The notes beneath the pieces are model-generated. The model was given only the letters and a program-made list of their open reading frames with translations, searched no databases and was not told the origin of the DNA. Both the position numbers and the translations under genes were made by a program. A stretch of DNA of 43,186 bases from Candidatus Cloacimonadota bacterium (GTDB lineage: Bacteria; Cloacimonadota; Cloacimonadia; Cloacimonadales; WRIO01): the NCBI GenBank assembly GCA_029564175.1, contig JAKQQL010000066.1, forward strand, positions 1 to 43,186. The letters run 5' to 3'. Positions 9,301 to 20,000 of the stretch are shown piece after piece; position 1 is the first letter of the stretch, and every line of letters begins with the position of its first letter.

Positions 9301-10266
9301 AGACAAACCGTTCAGGTTGAAGGAGATTATAATCATTTGTTTAACGGAGAGACTGAAGTTAATGTTTATGACTCTGAACGAACTTACAGTATCAGCAATT
9401 CTCAAACTTCTGTAACGGTTAAGTCTGAAGGTAAACATCTCTTTACAGGTAAATCAACTTTAAACAATGGCGTTTTTAATGCTTCATTTATTGTACCTGA
9501 TGACATTGTGGGAGGGAACAACGGAAAAGTGGTCGCTTACCATTTAGATCAGAATAATTTAAAAGATTATGTGAATTATATCAGTAATATAGAATTTGCA
9601 GGGCATGAATATGTAGCGGATAATCCGGATGTTCCTCAAATAAATATTTATCTGGACAACCGAAAATTCCGTGAAGGAGACCAGGTGAGTCAAAATCCAC
9701 TTTTAATTGCAGATATGACTGATTCTAATGGTATTAATATATTAGGCGCTTCCGGTCATGAAATAGTCTTATTACTGGATGACAGTACTGAACCCGTGGT
9801 TGTGACTCAGGGATTTAGCTATGACCTGGATTCGCATACAAAAGGTACGCTTTACTGGCAATTGAATCATCTCGAAGAAGGTAATCACACCCTCAGACTG
9901 ATTGCTTTTGATAATTTCAATCGACCCAGTGTGAAAACAATTGATTTTAAAGTCGCAAAAAATGCTGATATTCAACTGACTGATCTACTTGTTTATCCTA
10001 ATCCGATAAAAAAGGATGGGTGGTTTACGTTTCATATTACAGAAGATGCTTATGTAGATATCAAAGTATATACTATTACAGGCAGGAAAATTAAGGATAT
10101 CAAGGCAGGATTGTGTAGCAGTGGATATAATCAGATTTTCTGGGACGGTAGAGATGAAGAAGGAGACAGACTTGCTAACAATACCTATTTCTATAAAATT
10201 ACTGCTAAACAAGTGTCAAACTCTAAAAAAACAGAAAAAACAGACAAATTGATTATACTTAAGTGA
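6355..10266 (+). CDS. PorU-like type IX secretion sortase / C25 (gingipain) family cysteine peptidase with C-terminal FlgD-Ig/T9SS-like sorting domain
   Basis: Signal peptide, C25 propeptide-like region (PGNPDLP), GFDSGDY-like segment and NPYS...YWLT. C25 core has YMGHG (His), LGSCSSG (Cys) and LLGDP. C-terminus YPNP...IKVYTITGRKIK...WDGRDEEG.RLAN..YFYKI. Confidence 0.85.
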   Translation: MKKSFLFIILSIIIASLNAYQTRILSETPQQIQFVVKMDSLRIDTSNEFTFFNQTGMMLHPDQPGNPDLPYILYQLAVPEDGTISVSIKELNSDKLKLTKEIRPVPRYEYNTEDRLAPVYEIEKKAYQNYHQLSFETEGAYNYREYRLVPVKLFPLQYSLNTKTLHILKEMLVTVQINGSVNQKQSPKSNWDTFYSSLILNWKTGQNFVRSVGKSTVNYSPFSESAYWYSFEINTDGIYRINASQISGVSLGDIDPDKLRIFSTGGASMSSYPSHQGYPFEEIPIRVVGGEDGSFDSGDYILLYARDRDGFGMNTEFSYDRINKGDFYYYNPYSGQNKYWLTWGEFDAPAKRIQTQSAVNSVDETQNSVLFKQHIESERARMNEKNEWYYAWYSQKMEGKDNASYLFSFNVDDLDLSKPKSLNTYLKTELSASSNVNYKVNLSLNDVFFKTHTWTTAGLQNINSSISNLIEGQNKLQIDVIRTVWSDLYLDFYDVIYYKKLIKRNQMYHFVLNKDELTKQVKYQFLNKPAEDVMVFRVSAFNQVALINPEYQSSTFSFNTVASANDEFFVIQEADIKPVSSIQQEIVKDLSSDNSQVDYVIVCPKSLESSAEELKQIYEQYHQVNVRVVTQEDIMNQFNGGNEDPIAIRNYLKYVYQNSPEPKIKGLTLFGAGTIDWRNYSGMANAKKMIMNLFIYSESNTGGTFATRTSSDQYFSYLNTTKSPELTTGRIPVTSNSDWQIYKNKLISYYENKHGQWTNKALMLADDYIYRTIITDTGHTINVSNIAASLHPSVSKDLIYAQEFPINEFKKKPEVNDLYVSKINQGALFAIYMGHGDPVTIGDENYLRVEDMSRLNNLKNMPVLFLGSCSSGRTDNPNIKSISEYMMMNPTGGSIASIAGMRDTYGGANELLITNILNGSFNQRLLLGESFLLACQNPLLTEFNTFTYQLLGDPLLPAIPPERLSQITLSADTTASDMSFQARQTVQVEGDYNHLFNGETEVNVYDSERTYSISNSQTSVTVKSEGKHLFTGKSTLNNGVFNASFIVPDDIVGGNNGKVVAYHLDQNNLKDYVNYISNIEFAGHEYVADNPDVPQINIYLDNRKFREGDQVSQNPLLIADMTDSNGINILGASGHEIVLLLDDSTEPVVVTQGFSYDLDSHTKGTLYWQLNHLEEGNHTLRLIAFDNFNRPSVKTIDFKVAKNADIQLTDLLVYPNPIKKDGWFTFHITEDAYVDIKVYTITGRKIKDIKAGLCSSGYNQIFWDGRDEEGDRLANNTYFYKITAKQVSNSKKTEKTDKLIILK

Positions 10267-10437
10267 CCATTACTATCATTTTTATTGTGAAAAATGAAGT
10301 TTTCTTAGAAAAGACAAGCAGTTTGTTTTGGTTTTGCTTTCTGTAAGAATGCGCTTAGCAACTTATTTAGCATAGCTCAACAAACTGCTTTATTCTTGTC
10401 TAGGGATTGTCTTTAACTAAGTAATAATGGGGAGATT

Positions 10438-12333
10438 ATGAAAAACGATCTGAACAAAAACTTCAAAGAAAAGATTCTATTGTCTCATCAAAGATGTAAG
10501 GATTTTCAACTTGATTCTGACATGATTTTCAGTCGTGTGATTTTAACTGGCAATGCGCTTGAAAGCCTCATGTTCAGGAATAAAGAATTAATCAGGATTG
10601 CTGACCCCTTCATGATTCAGCTAAATGATTTTGTTCAAGATTCAGATTTTTTAACCATATTGACTGATCATGAAGGCTATATTCTAAGAGTATATGGCAA
10701 TGATAAAGTGCTAAGAGAAGTTTCAGAATTAAAAATGATACCTGGAGCATCCATGAATGAGAAAGATATAGGCACCAATGCGATGGGAACGGTGGTATTT
10801 GAAAAAGTCCCAATGCAATTAGTCGCAGAAGATCACTTTATAAGAGCATACCATCGCTGGACATGCTCTTGTGCGCCTATCTTCGGAGCTGAAGGGGAAC
10901 TGTTGGGAACGCTTGATCTGACAGGAAATACCGATTTTGTACATTCTCATACGCTTGGAATGGTCGTAGCTGCTGCTAATGCGCTTAGTAATACTTATCG
11001 CCTAAATATCTATCAAAACCAATTGATCAAAGCAAAAAATAATATTGAGAATATCTTTCACTCTATACCCGCTGGTATTGTCACTTCTGATTTATCTGGC
11101 AACATTCTTTTGCACAATAAGCATTTACTGGAATTGTTCGCTTTTGAAAAAAAAACAATCCATGATAAAAAGATTTGGGATTTGTTTGATGGCTGGAATC
11201 AAGTACTTAGTCAGTTAAATGAAAATCAAGCATTTCTGGATGAAGATGTCTATGTTAATGCGGATAAAAACATACTTCAGCTTAACCTGAGTGCATATCC
11301 AGTCTTTAATCAGTTAAAACAGATTGAAGAAATCACTTTTGTATTCAAAGATGTTAAAAAAGTAAGAAAGCTTGCGAGTAAAATTATGGGAAGCAAGGCA
11401 ATTTATACATTTGAAAAAATTATTACGCAAAATGATAAAATGCTTGAAACAATTGAAATGACAAAAAAGATTGCTGATAGTAAATCAACAGTTCTTATAA
11501 CAGGTGAAAGTGGCACAGGAAAGGAAATTATTGCACAATCTATTCATAATTTCAGTAAAAGAGCAGGGGAATCTTTTATCGCAATAAATTGCGGTGCTAT
11601 TCCAAAAACATTGATTGAGAGTGAGTTGTTCGGCTATGTGGAAGGCGCATTTACTGGGGCAAAAAGAAATGGTTCTCCTGGTAAGTTTGAGATAGCAGAT
11701 GGAGGTACAATTTTCCTTGATGAAATAGGTGAGATGCCTGTTGACATGCAGGCAAATCTATTGAGAGTGATTGAGGAAGGATATTTATGTCGAGTAGGAT
11801 CTTCCATTCAAATCCCTGTAAATGTCCGAATTATTGCAGCAAGTAACAGAATGCTTCAGGATGAAGTCGATCAAGGAAATTTTAGAAAAGACCTTTTTTA
11901 CCGCCTAAATGTTTTGCCTGTTAATCTCCCTCCCCTAAGAGACAGAAAAGAAGATATACCCCTTTTAACTGAGTATTTTATGATGAATATCTCCAAACGA
12001 CTGAATAAACGTAAGATCAAAATTCCTGAATACTACATGAAAGAAATGATTGAATACTCCTGGCCTGGAAATATCAGAGAACTTGAAAATCTGATCGAAA
12101 TGATTATCAATACTGAAAAATTACCCCAGAGTATCTCTAATAAATATTGTTCAAAAATGGATCAGATCAATGAAGATGAAGCGCATATTCCTAGTTTAAA
12201 TGAGATAGAACGTAAACATATCCTTCACACATTAAAGAAAACAAATCAAAATATCATGAAAAGTGCTAAAATTCTGGGTGTTTCAAGAAATACACTTTAT
12301 CGGAAAATGCAAGAATATGATATAAAATGTTAG
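10438..12333 (+). CDS. Sigma54-dependent enhancer-binding activator (GAF-PAS-AAA+-Fis HTH; AcoR/AorR-like)
   Basis: [17 protein letters not shown] domain, Walker [50 protein letters not shown] and C-terminal [18 protein letters not shown]. Confidence 0.93.
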   Translation: MKNDLNKNFKEKILLSHQRCKDFQLDSDMIFSRVILTGNALESLMFRNKELIRIADPFMIQLNDFVQDSDFLTILTDHEGYILRVYGNDKVLREVSELKMIPGASMNEKDIGTNAMGTVVFEKVPMQLVAEDHFIRAYHRWTCSCAPIFGAEGELLGTLDLTGNTDFVHSHTLGMVVAAANALSNTYRLNIYQNQLIKAKNNIENIFHSIPAGIVTSDLSGNILLHNKHLLELFAFEKKTIHDKKIWDLFDGWNQVLSQLNENQAFLDEDVYVNADKNILQLNLSAYPVFNQLKQIEEITFVFKDVKKVRKLASKIMGSKAIYTFEKIITQNDKMLETIEMTKKIADSKSTVLITGESGTGKEIIAQSIHNFSKRAGESFIAINCGAIPKTLIESELFGYVEGAFTGAKRNGSPGKFEIADGGTIFLDEIGEMPVDMQANLLRVIEEGYLCRVGSSIQIPVNVRIIAASNRMLQDEVDQGNFRKDLFYRLNVLPVNLPPLRDRKEDIPLLTEYFMMNISKRLNKRKIKIPEYYMKEMIEYSWPGNIRELENLIEMIINTEKLPQSISNKYCSKMDQINEDEAHIPSLNEIERKHILHTLKKTNQNIMKSAKILGVSRNTLYRKMQEYDIKC

Positions 12334-12396
12334 AAAATAGGACAGTGTTATATTTTCTAACACATATAATTTAAAAAAATGTATCAAAATAGAGCA
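12328..12396. promoter_or_regulatory. Upstream activator sequences (three TGT-N11-ACA-type sites) for the aor sigma54 promoter
   Basis: TGTTAGAAAATAGGACA (12328-12344), TGTTATATTTTCTAACA (12346-12362) and TGTATCAAAATAGAGCA (12380-12396). The first two share a perfect 12-bp inverted repeat. Confidence 0.7.
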
Positions 12397-12449
12397 AGTA
12401 AAATAAGGATAATTACATAACATATTGAAAAAAAAGCAGATAACAAACA

Positions 12450-12465
12450 TGGCACGTATCTTGTA
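12450..12465 (+). promoter_or_regulatory. Sigma54 (-24/-12) promoter of aor
   Basis: TGGCAC-GTATC-TTGTA, directly downstream of a sigma54 activator gene and upstream of the aor SD. Confidence 0.8.
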
Positions 12466-12501
12466 TAATACGAGTTAAAAATACAAGAAATGGAGGATGT
12501 C

Positions 12502-14292
12502 ATGGCTGGTTATAATGGCGTTATACTCAGAGTAAATTTAACTGAAAAGACAATTCAAAAGGAAAAACTTGATTTAGAAATTGCAAAAAAATTTATTGGT
12601 GGCAGAGGATTAGGGACAAAACTATATGTTGATGAAGTTGCTCCTGAGGTTGATGCACTTAGTCCTGATAACAAAATTATGATTGCCACTGGCCCTCTTA
12701 CGGGCACTTTTACTCCAACTGGTGGTCGTTATATGGTTATTACAAAATCACCTTTAACAGGAACAATCGCATCATCGAATTCAGGTGGCAGATGGGGTGC
12801 TGAGTTAAAGTTTGCCGGATATGATGTGATTATCCTTGAAGGAAAATCAGAAAGTCCTGTCTATTTGTCGATAAAAGATGAAATTGTAGAATTAAAGCCG
12901 GCAGATCATTTGTGGGGAAAGTTAACTACAGAATGTACCCAAAAACTTCAGGAAATTGAAGGAGATAAGGTAAAGGTTTTAAATATAGGACCTGCAGGAG
13001 AGAGATTATCAAATATTGCCGCAATAATGAATGATATAGACAGAGCGGCTGGACGTTCTGGAGTCGGTGCTGTAATGGGATCAAAAAATCTCAAAGCAAT
13101 TGTGGTGAAAGGCACTCATAAAGTTGAAATTGCAGATAATGATAGTTTGAAAGAGTTAGTTAAAAAATTACAGATAAAGATTAAAGAAAATGGGGTGACA
13201 GGACAAGGTTTACCTACATACGGGACTGCTGTATTGGTGAATATCATTAATGAAAATGGTGTTTTCCCAACCAATAATTTCCAGTTATCTCAGTTTGATA
13301 AAGCCGAAGATATATCTGGAGAAACAATGGCAGAGAAATATCTGGTTAAAAAGAAAGCCTGTTTTTCTTGCCCAATTGCCTGTGGCAGACATGTGAAAAT
13401 GGATAAAGAAGAAGTAGGCGGACCTGAGTATGAAACCGTCTGGGGTTTTGGGGGTGACTGTGGTATCAACGATATGGAAGCCGTAATAAAAGCCAATTAC
13501 TGGTGTAATGAAATGGGACTTGATACGATCAGTGCTTCAGCGACTATTGCTGCTGCTATGGAATTATACCAACATGGTAAAATTAGTAAAGAACAGACCG
13601 GTGCTGTTGAACTAACCTGGGGGAATAGTGAAGCAATTGTTGAATGGATAAAGAAAATGGGGCTTAGAGAAGGATTAGGTGATGATTTAGCGATGGGCTC
13701 ATGGCGTTTGGCTGAGAAATATGGTATGCCTGAAGTTTCCATGACTGTAAAAAAACAGGAAATTCCTGCTTATGATCCACGAGGCATAAAAGGTCAGGGA
13801 TTGGCTTATGCTACATCTAATCGTGGTGGATGCCATGTGAGAGCTTACTTGATATCACCCGAAATTCTTGCATTACCAGAAAAGTTAGATAAATTCTCTT
13901 ATGAAAACAAGGCATTCTGGGTAAAGATTTTCCAGGATCTGACAGCAAGTATTGATTCACTGGGAATGTGTCTTTTTACTTCATTTGCTTTGAATGCAGA
14001 TGATTATGCTAGTTTATATTCTTTGGTGACCGGATATGCAATGACTCAACAAGACGTTCTTGATGCAGGTGACAGGATTTGGAACATCGAACGTCTTTAC
14101 AACCAAGCTGCTGGTATTGATCCTGGACAGGATACCCTACCGGTTAGACTACTGAACGACCCTATACCAGAAGGACCTGCAAAAGGGCATATTCATGAAT
14201 TGGATAAATTACTGGGAGAATACTATTTTCTTAGAGGATGGGATGAAAATGGAATCCCAAAAATTGATAAACTAAAGGTTTTAGGATTATAA
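12502..14292 (+). CDS. aor: Tungsten-containing aldehyde:ferredoxin oxidoreductase
   Basis: FIGGRGLG, KSPLTG, ELKFAGYD, AAGRSGVGAVMGSKNLKAIVV, CFSCPIACG, GPEYET, YDPRG and SNRGGCH. Start ATG 12502 behind SD GGAGG. Confidence 0.95.
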   Translation: MAGYNGVILRVNLTEKTIQKEKLDLEIAKKFIGGRGLGTKLYVDEVAPEVDALSPDNKIMIATGPLTGTFTPTGGRYMVITKSPLTGTIASSNSGGRWGAELKFAGYDVIILEGKSESPVYLSIKDEIVELKPADHLWGKLTTECTQKLQEIEGDKVKVLNIGPAGERLSNIAAIMNDIDRAAGRSGVGAVMGSKNLKAIVVKGTHKVEIADNDSLKELVKKLQIKIKENGVTGQGLPTYGTAVLVNIINENGVFPTNNFQLSQFDKAEDISGETMAEKYLVKKKACFSCPIACGRHVKMDKEEVGGPEYETVWGFGGDCGINDMEAVIKANYWCNEMGLDTISASATIAAAMELYQHGKISKEQTGAVELTWGNSEAIVEWIKKMGLREGLGDDLAMGSWRLAEKYGMPEVSMTVKKQEIPAYDPRGIKGQGLAYATSNRGGCHVRAYLISPEILALPEKLDKFSYENKAFWVKIFQDLTASIDSLGMCLFTSFALNADDYASLYSLVTGYAMTQQDVLDAGDRIWNIERLYNQAAGIDPGQDTLPVRLLNDPIPEGPAKGHIHELDKLLGEYYFLRGWDENGIPKIDKLKVLGL

Positions 14293-14302
14293 CACATAAC
14301 AT

Positions 14303-14330
14303 AAACGGCAGGCTTGACCTGCCGTTTTTT
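14303..14330 (+). terminator. Intrinsic terminator after aor
   Basis: AAACGGCAGG-CTTGA-CCTGCCGTTT followed by a T tract. Confidence 0.9.
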
Positions 14331-14437
14331 AAGTAACGGAATAATAAAAAAAGAGTTTTTAACAGGATAGATAAGGGAAACATAAGAAAATAACATTAGA
14401 ATAATATCATAAAGATATGGATAAGGATAAATGAATC

Positions 14438-14662
14438 ATGAGAATTAAAGTGAAATTATTTGCCACTTTACGGCTTGATCGAGGTAAAATTGTTGAGTTA
14501 GAAGTTGATGAGAATGCTACTGTGAGTGAAGTTATGGCTGAACTTCAGATTAAAAGGGATGAAATTGCTATTTTATTGGTTAATGGATTGGATGGAAAAA
14601 TGGATACAAAGTTAAAAGATTCAGATACGATATCAGTATTCCCTCCGGTTGGAGGAGGTTAA
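14438..14662 (+). CDS. moaD: MoaD/ThiS-family sulfur carrier (molybdopterin synthase small subunit-like)
   Basis: IKVKLFATLR start, VNG, D.ISVFPPVGGG ubiquitin-like Gly-Gly terminus; adjacent to aor. Confidence 0.85.
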   Translation: MRIKVKLFATLRLDRGKIVELEVDENATVSEVMAELQIKRDEIAILLVNGLDGKMDTKLKDSDTISVFPPVGGG

Positions 14663-14915
14663 ATTTTCATTTGCTGGAAGGTTCACAATCAGTTTCCTAT
14701 TTATTACATGCTTTAAGCATAGAATACAGCTCATATTTACAATAAAAAATCTTTGATTTAAAAAATTTTAAAGAAATCTTATTTAAACAGAAAAAAACAT
14801 AGACAAAAAGTCAGTTTTAATTATTTTGTAATTAAAATTGTATAAGTGTTTGCATGTTTTAAACAGATGATTGAGAGATTGTTTTAAGAGGGGGTTTTAT
14901 GGGGGCTATTCAGAA

Positions 14916-17003
14916 ATGAATTTTATAAACCAGCAGAATGTACTGAGCATTATACTAAATCTTGTTAGTTTGCTATTGATAGTTGGTGCATATCATTTGT
15001 ACCGAAAATCAAAAGTAGATCATAAAAGAGCAACAGAGAAAGATCAGTTTCGGTATCAGATTTTTGAAAATACCTGTATCCCGATTATTGTGATGCGAAC
15101 AGACAATTATCAATTTCTTGATTGTAATCAGGCAGCAGTTGATATTTACCAGTTTACTACGAAATCAAATGTGATTGGGAAGACGCCATTGGATGTGTCC
15201 TCTGAATACCAGTATGATGGTAGCTTGTCATCGGATAAAGCGCGTTTTTATATTAATCAGGCAATGGAAAAAGGGAGTGTTGTATTTGATTGGAGGCATC
15301 AACGCCAAAGTGGAGAAATGTGGGATGGAGAAGTTCATCTGATTTGCTTTATGATTCATCAAGTACAATATTTGCAATTTTCTATCATTGATATCACTGA
15401 GAAAAGAAAAGCTGAATTTGCATTACAACAAAGTGAAAACCTATCTAAAACAGTGATTGAGAATACCTCAGTTGGTATATCAGTAAGATCAGCGACTGGT
15501 CAGTTACTGCTCTATAATCAGGCATGGCGGGACATGTGGGAGATAAGTGATGATAAGCTTGAAAAAGATTTACTGCCTCGAGAACAGCTCATTTTAGATG
15601 AAAGAGATGAGTATCTGTCAGATCATCAGAGAAATGTGAGGAAAGTATATCAGCAAGGGGGAGAATATTTTGTGCCTGAATTGATTACCGATGGAAGATT
15701 TAGAAAAACAGGCAAACAAAGACATATAAGTCAACATTTTAGTGCAATATTGAATGGTCAGGGAAAAGTGGAGAAAGTCGTTGTTATATCCACAGATATA
15801 ACTGAGTCTAAACAGGCAGAAGCAGATAAAGAAAAACTGAAAAACCAGCTTTACCATGCACAAAAAATGGAATCAGTAGGCAGACTGGCTGGAGGAGTAG
15901 CTCATGATTTTAACAATATGCTGGGCGTTATCATTGGTTATACCGATTTAGCACTATCAGCTTCTTCAGAAAATACAGCCCTAAATAATTATCTTAAAGA
16001 AATTTCATCCGCTGCAAAACGCTCAGCTAATCTTACACGGCAACTTTTGGCTTTTGCCCGTAAACAAACCGTTCGCCCTATCATTATGGATTTGAATGAA
16101 TCCATCAACCAGCTAAAGAAAATGCTGGGAAGAATGATTGGAGAAAATATTACTTTGTTGTTTTTACCTGCTGACAGACCCATATTTGTAGAGATGGACC
16201 CTTCCCAGTTGGATCAGATACTTGCAAACCTGTGTGTCAATGCCCGTGATGCGATTAAAAATAAGGGGAAAATTATTATAGAAACCGGTATTGAAACAAT
16301 CAGTGAAGCTGAATGTCAGAAAAATATAAATAAGATAGCCGGTCATTTTGCTTTGATAAGTGTTCAGGATAATGGATCTGGCATGGATGAAAAAACAATT
16401 GAAAATGCTTTTGAACCTTTTTATACGACTAAAGATCAAGGTTTGGGGACAGGACTTGGTTTGGCAACAGTTTATGGAATTATCAAACAAAACAAAGGTT
16501 TTATTGAATTAAACAGTGAGTTAGGACAAGGAACTCATTTTAAAATTTATATCCCAGTATTTGAAGCCCTCAACCAGTTAGTTGAAGAAGCTCATGCTGA
16601 TAGTGTCAAAATGATAAATGAGGATAAGGAACAGTTAAAAGAGGGTATTCTTTTAGTTGAAGATGAAAAATCACTTCTTCACATGACCAGAGAAATGCTT
16701 GAAATGAGTGGCTACCAGGTGTATGCCACAGATTCATCTGAAGAAGCAGTTATTTTAGCCAAACAACATCAAAAATCGATTAAATTACTGTTGACTGATG
16801 TTATCATGCCAAAGATTAATGGAAAAGAGCTTTCCAATGAGATTTTACAAATCTGTCCTAATATTAAAACTCTTTTCATGTCAGGATACACAGCTCATGT
16901 GATTGAACATCACGGGGTACTTGAAAAAGGGGTACATTTTCTTCAAAAACCATTCTCTTTTGATATGATAAATGAAAAAGTTAGAGAATCAATAGACTCA
17001 TGA
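14916..17003 (+). CDS. Membrane-anchored PAS-PAS hybrid histidine kinase with receiver (CckA-like)
   Basis: N-terminal TM helix, two PAS-like regions, QKMESVGRLAGGVAHDFNN, NARDA, DNGSGM, GTGLGL and REC domain (LLVEDE, LLTDVIMP, FLQKPF). Start uncertain. Confidence 0.9.
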   Translation: MNFINQQNVLSIILNLVSLLLIVGAYHLYRKSKVDHKRATEKDQFRYQIFENTCIPIIVMRTDNYQFLDCNQAAVDIYQFTTKSNVIGKTPLDVSSEYQYDGSLSSDKARFYINQAMEKGSVVFDWRHQRQSGEMWDGEVHLICFMIHQVQYLQFSIIDITEKRKAEFALQQSENLSKTVIENTSVGISVRSATGQLLLYNQAWRDMWEISDDKLEKDLLPREQLILDERDEYLSDHQRNVRKVYQQGGEYFVPELITDGRFRKTGKQRHISQHFSAILNGQGKVEKVVVISTDITESKQAEADKEKLKNQLYHAQKMESVGRLAGGVAHDFNNMLGVIIGYTDLALSASSENTALNNYLKEISSAAKRSANLTRQLLAFARKQTVRPIIMDLNESINQLKKMLGRMIGENITLLFLPADRPIFVEMDPSQLDQILANLCVNARDAIKNKGKIIIETGIETISEAECQKNINKIAGHFALISVQDNGSGMDEKTIENAFEPFYTTKDQGLGTGLGLATVYGIIKQNKGFIELNSELGQGTHFKIYIPVFEALNQLVEEAHADSVKMINEDKEQLKEGILLVEDEKSLLHMTREMLEMSGYQVYATDSSEEAVILAKQHQKSIKLLLTDVIMPKINGKELSNEILQICPNIKTLFMSGYTAHVIEHHGVLEKGVHFLQKPFSFDMINEKVRESIDS

Positions 17004-17048
17004 CAATTGAAAAATTCGCAATTTCTGGTACCTTAGAAGGAGTCATTA

Positions 17049-20000
17049 ATGAATTTTCATTCTAAAAAAGCAAAGTCAGAAAATACCTTAATATCATTTA
17101 ATATACATGATGCGATTGTCTCTGTTTTTATCAATATTGCCCGTATCAGAAAAGTAGAAAAGAGACATATAGAAATTCTGGCAAAACTCTTTAGAAATAC
17201 ATTGTCTTATGAACCTTCTCTCTTGTCATTATGGGAAATTGCTGAAAAACCCTATACGCTTCGACAGTCATGTCATATTTTTAATCAGAGCTTTAGTAAA
17301 AACGATAAAATAAAATTATTTTTAAACATAATATTTCTGGTTTACGCTGAAGAAGATTTTAATGTTTTAAGTAGCCTTGAAATCATAAAGATTATTGATC
17401 TTCTTTACCTTGATATCTCTTTATATGAACAGGTTTTGGATTTCATCGAGGGTAAAACATTATGTCTTTCTTTAAAAACATCATTATTTTTTCAAGAAAA
17501 CAGAATCCTTCAAAACGATATATTGTTAGGCAATGATAAACACTTTGATATTCTACTTTTAAGTAGTAATTTGGTAATTCTTAATATTCTCAATCATGTA
17601 TTTGTTGGATTTAATCATACAAACAAATGGTTTATGAATGATATGCCATTAGCGTCTGATGTATTTTATCTGCTCCAGCCTGATGATAAACTGAGCTGTG
17701 TATGTCATGATAATAATATTCTGATACTCAATAAATCATTAATCCAAAAACTATATCAACGAAGACAAAATCATACAGAATTTTCGTATCTCTACCATGG
17801 TGAAAATTGCGAGCTAGAAATTCAAATAAAAGCGCTGAAGACTTCAGTTACCCTTGTTTCAGGTAAAGCCTTATATCAGGGGAAGAAATTTAAGAAGCTA
17901 GCAGAATTGGCTCTGGATGACCAGATTCATTCTCCAAATCCTGCAATTGGAATCAATCTTATTTTTGGGGAAATAGATCAGATTAATCAAGTAGAAAGTG
18001 TGTATTTATTGTCTCAGAACATGTCTCGTGCATACAGATATCAACAGGAGGAACTCACACTCTCTGAAATTGAAGGGAATTCCTGCAAAGACAGAAATCA
18101 GTCTTTTCTGGCATTATTAAAACCTGTCAGGCAGACTTCAGACTCTGATAATAAAGTCAAACTTATTATTGAAGATTTATCAGAGAATATCACACTTTTT
18201 GTTAATGGCAATATGGTTTGTAAGGGTTCAATCATTCAGCAATATGACCTGATTCAGTTTAATAGCCGTAATTATATGATTAATCAATACCTTCAACTGG
18301 ATGAGCTCAAACAATTTATTACCAGTTTTAAGGTACATGAAATTTATCATGAGTTTTCCAGTGGCCAAAAGATAGCTCTTGATAATATTCATTTTCAGTT
18401 AGAAAGTCGTGAAATGCTGGCTATCATGGGCCCTAGCGGTAGTGGGAAAACTACATTTCTCAAATGCCTTTTAGGAGAGATTATACCAAACCGAATGAAA
18501 ATCAGCATTAATCATGAGAACTATCTGCCAGCAGAATCCCCGTATCGTAAAACAATTGCATATGTCCCACAGGATGACCTACTTTTTGAGAATCTAAGTA
18601 TCTGGCAAAATCTGTATTACTGTGCAAAAATAAGAGTACCTGATTTGTTTAACGATAAAAATGATATACTTTTAGAACAGAAAATTAAACATATCTTATC
18701 TATAATGGGTCTATGGGATAAACGACATCTGAAAGCTGGAAGTGTTCATCAAAAAACACTGAGTGGCGGAGAGAGAAAACGTTTAAATATTGCACTGGAA
18801 CTACTTTCTGATCCCCAAATCATTATCCTCGATGAACCCACATCGGGATTATCCTCGAAAGATTCTGAGAAACTGTTAGAAACACTAAATGATCTGAAAC
18901 AGATAGGGAAAATGATTATTGCAACAATTCATCAGCCCAATGCAGAATTATTTCAACAATTTGATAAATTACTTCTATTGGATAAAGGAGGTATTCAGGT
19001 TTACTTTGGAGATACACAGCATATTTTTGATTATTTTGATGAGGAACTGGCTCTTATTCAGGATCAGGAAAGACTGAGTTTTAAAAGAAATCTAAAAATG
19101 CCTGAGTATTTGTTTGATATTCTTGAGTATAGTCAGCGAAATCAAAATGGAGTGAATGGATTTGTAGGCTTTTCTGAAAGAAAGTTTTCTCCTTTATACT
19201 GGAAAGAAAAATACCGAAATGCACGAATACTGGAATTAATTCAGACTTCCAGTAAAAATGGGGAGCGTGAGATTCCTGTTGATCAAAAATCTACTATAAA
19301 TTCAATCAAAACAAGAAGTAACCCTGTGAAAAAGAATTTTTATCTTTTTTTACGAAATTTGATTAACAAATGTTCAAATCCCACCAATATTATCATTAGT
19401 TTACTTGCTGCTCCAGTACTGGGACTTCTGATTGCATTTATTTTTCGATATGTGAATCCTGAAGACAGTACCGAATATAGTATGTATTTTAATCCAAATA
19501 TAAGCCTCTTTATTTTCATATCAATCATCATTTTTATTTTTTTAGGCATGGCAGCAAGTGTGAATGATATTCTCAGCGAAAAGCTAATTCTTAACCGTGA
19601 ACGAAAAATCAATGTATTAATTCCAGAATTTTATGCTTCAAAATTCTTATTTCTGGCTTTGCTTGTCATTATTCAGTCTGTTTTATATCTGCTAGTATCA
19701 ATGCCTGTATTAAATGTAAAAGGGATATTTAATGCATACCTGTTATTTTTATTTTTATCAGGTTTGACAGGAGTCAGTATAGGTTTGTTTCTTTCATCTG
19801 TTTTTAAAGATCGGGATTCTGCAACAAATCTGATGCCTTATCTACTGATTCCTCAGATACTTTTTGCAGGAGCAGTGATTTCATTCTCAGAAATTAATCC
19901 ATCGGTAAAATTAGACCAACAAAAAAGTGTCCCGGAATTTTGTGAAGTAATACCATCTCGATGGCTTTTTGAAGGTTTAGCTGTAGCACAGGTTGAAGAA

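Noticed and set aside
1775..10212. Short antisense and alternate-frame ORFs inside rnf genes and the porU-like gene
   Set aside because: They are shadows of well-supported genes, with no motifs or SDs.
14293..14437. Moco/tungsten-cofactor riboswitch before moaD
   Set aside because: After the terminator the region is A-rich and unstructured; no multi-stem motif is visible.
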